Assembly (NCBI RefSeq): GCF_009914755.1
Contig: NC_060927.1
Source of the DNA: the human T2T-CHM13v2.0 reference genome, Homo sapiens
Length of the DNA stretch: 64,000 bases
Reading direction: 5' to 3' (one strand)
In this document: positions 63,789 through 64,000 of the stretch, piece after piece
How positions within the stretch are numbered: the first letter of the stretch is position 1
Layout of the letters: each line of letters starts with the position of its first letter
Made by a program: the position numbers and the translations under genes
Notes under the pieces: generated by a model
Told to the model about the DNA's origin: nothing
What the model saw: the letters and a program-made list of their open reading frames with translations, nothing else
The model's database searches: none

Positions 63789-63923
63789 GATATGGTTTGG
63801 CAATGTGTCCCCACCCAAATCTCATCTATATAATTGTAATCCCCAGGGAGGGACCTGGTGAGGGGTGATTGGATCATGAGGGACACATGGTAGTGAGTGA
63901 GTTTTCACAAATCTGGTGGTTTT
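63789..63923 (+). mobile_element. THE1/MST-type MaLR LTR 5' portion
   Basis: tgatatggtttggc...tgtgtccccacccaaatctcatct...gggagggacctggtg...gattggatcatg. Confidence 0.8.
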
Positions 63924-64000
63924 GTGGCGGGCGCCTGTAGTCCCAGCTACTCGGGAGGCTGAGGCAGGAGAATGGCATGAACCCGAGAGTTGGAGCTTGC
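63924..64000 (+). mobile_element. 5'-truncated AluY (right arm), runs off the window
   Basis: gtggcgggcgcctgtagtcccagctactcgggaggctgaggcaggagaatggcatgaacc...gagcttgc carries AluY diagnostics. Confidence 0.85.

Overview
Human genomic DNA, inferred from the human-specific L1HS element plus Alu, MIR and L2 content. The window is almost all intron of a large minus-strand gene. Its only host coding exon is a 148-nt internal exon (30883-31030, minus strand) encoding QEALLAAISEKDANIALLELSASKKKKTQEEVMALKREKDRLVHQLKQQ, which I recognise as the C-terminal coiled-coil region of ERC2 (CAST1/ELKS2, a presynaptic active-zone scaffold). The dominant feature is a full-length L1HS (50667-56731, + strand, antisense to ERC2) with intact ORF1, ORF2 and ORF0, a 13-bp target-site duplication (TSD) and a patterned (TAAA)n/poly(A) tail. 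Its antisense promoter therefore fires in the ERC2 direction. The second ORF0 splice donor (phase 2) matches the phase-2 acceptor of the ERC2 exon about 19.9 kb away, predicting an in-frame ORF0-ERC2 C-terminal fusion. An antisense AATAAA in ORF2 could also truncate the upstream ERC2 transcript (a gene-breaking arrangement). The L1 mixes Ta-1d diagnostics with the pre-Ta ACG triplet in its 3' UTR. The rest is ordinary repeat landscape: Alus, MIR/L2/L1M relics, solo LTRs (LTR16, MST, MER51, LTR12F, THE1), DNA-transposon MITEs and microsatellites. Subfamily names come from remembered consensus sequences, not from a search.
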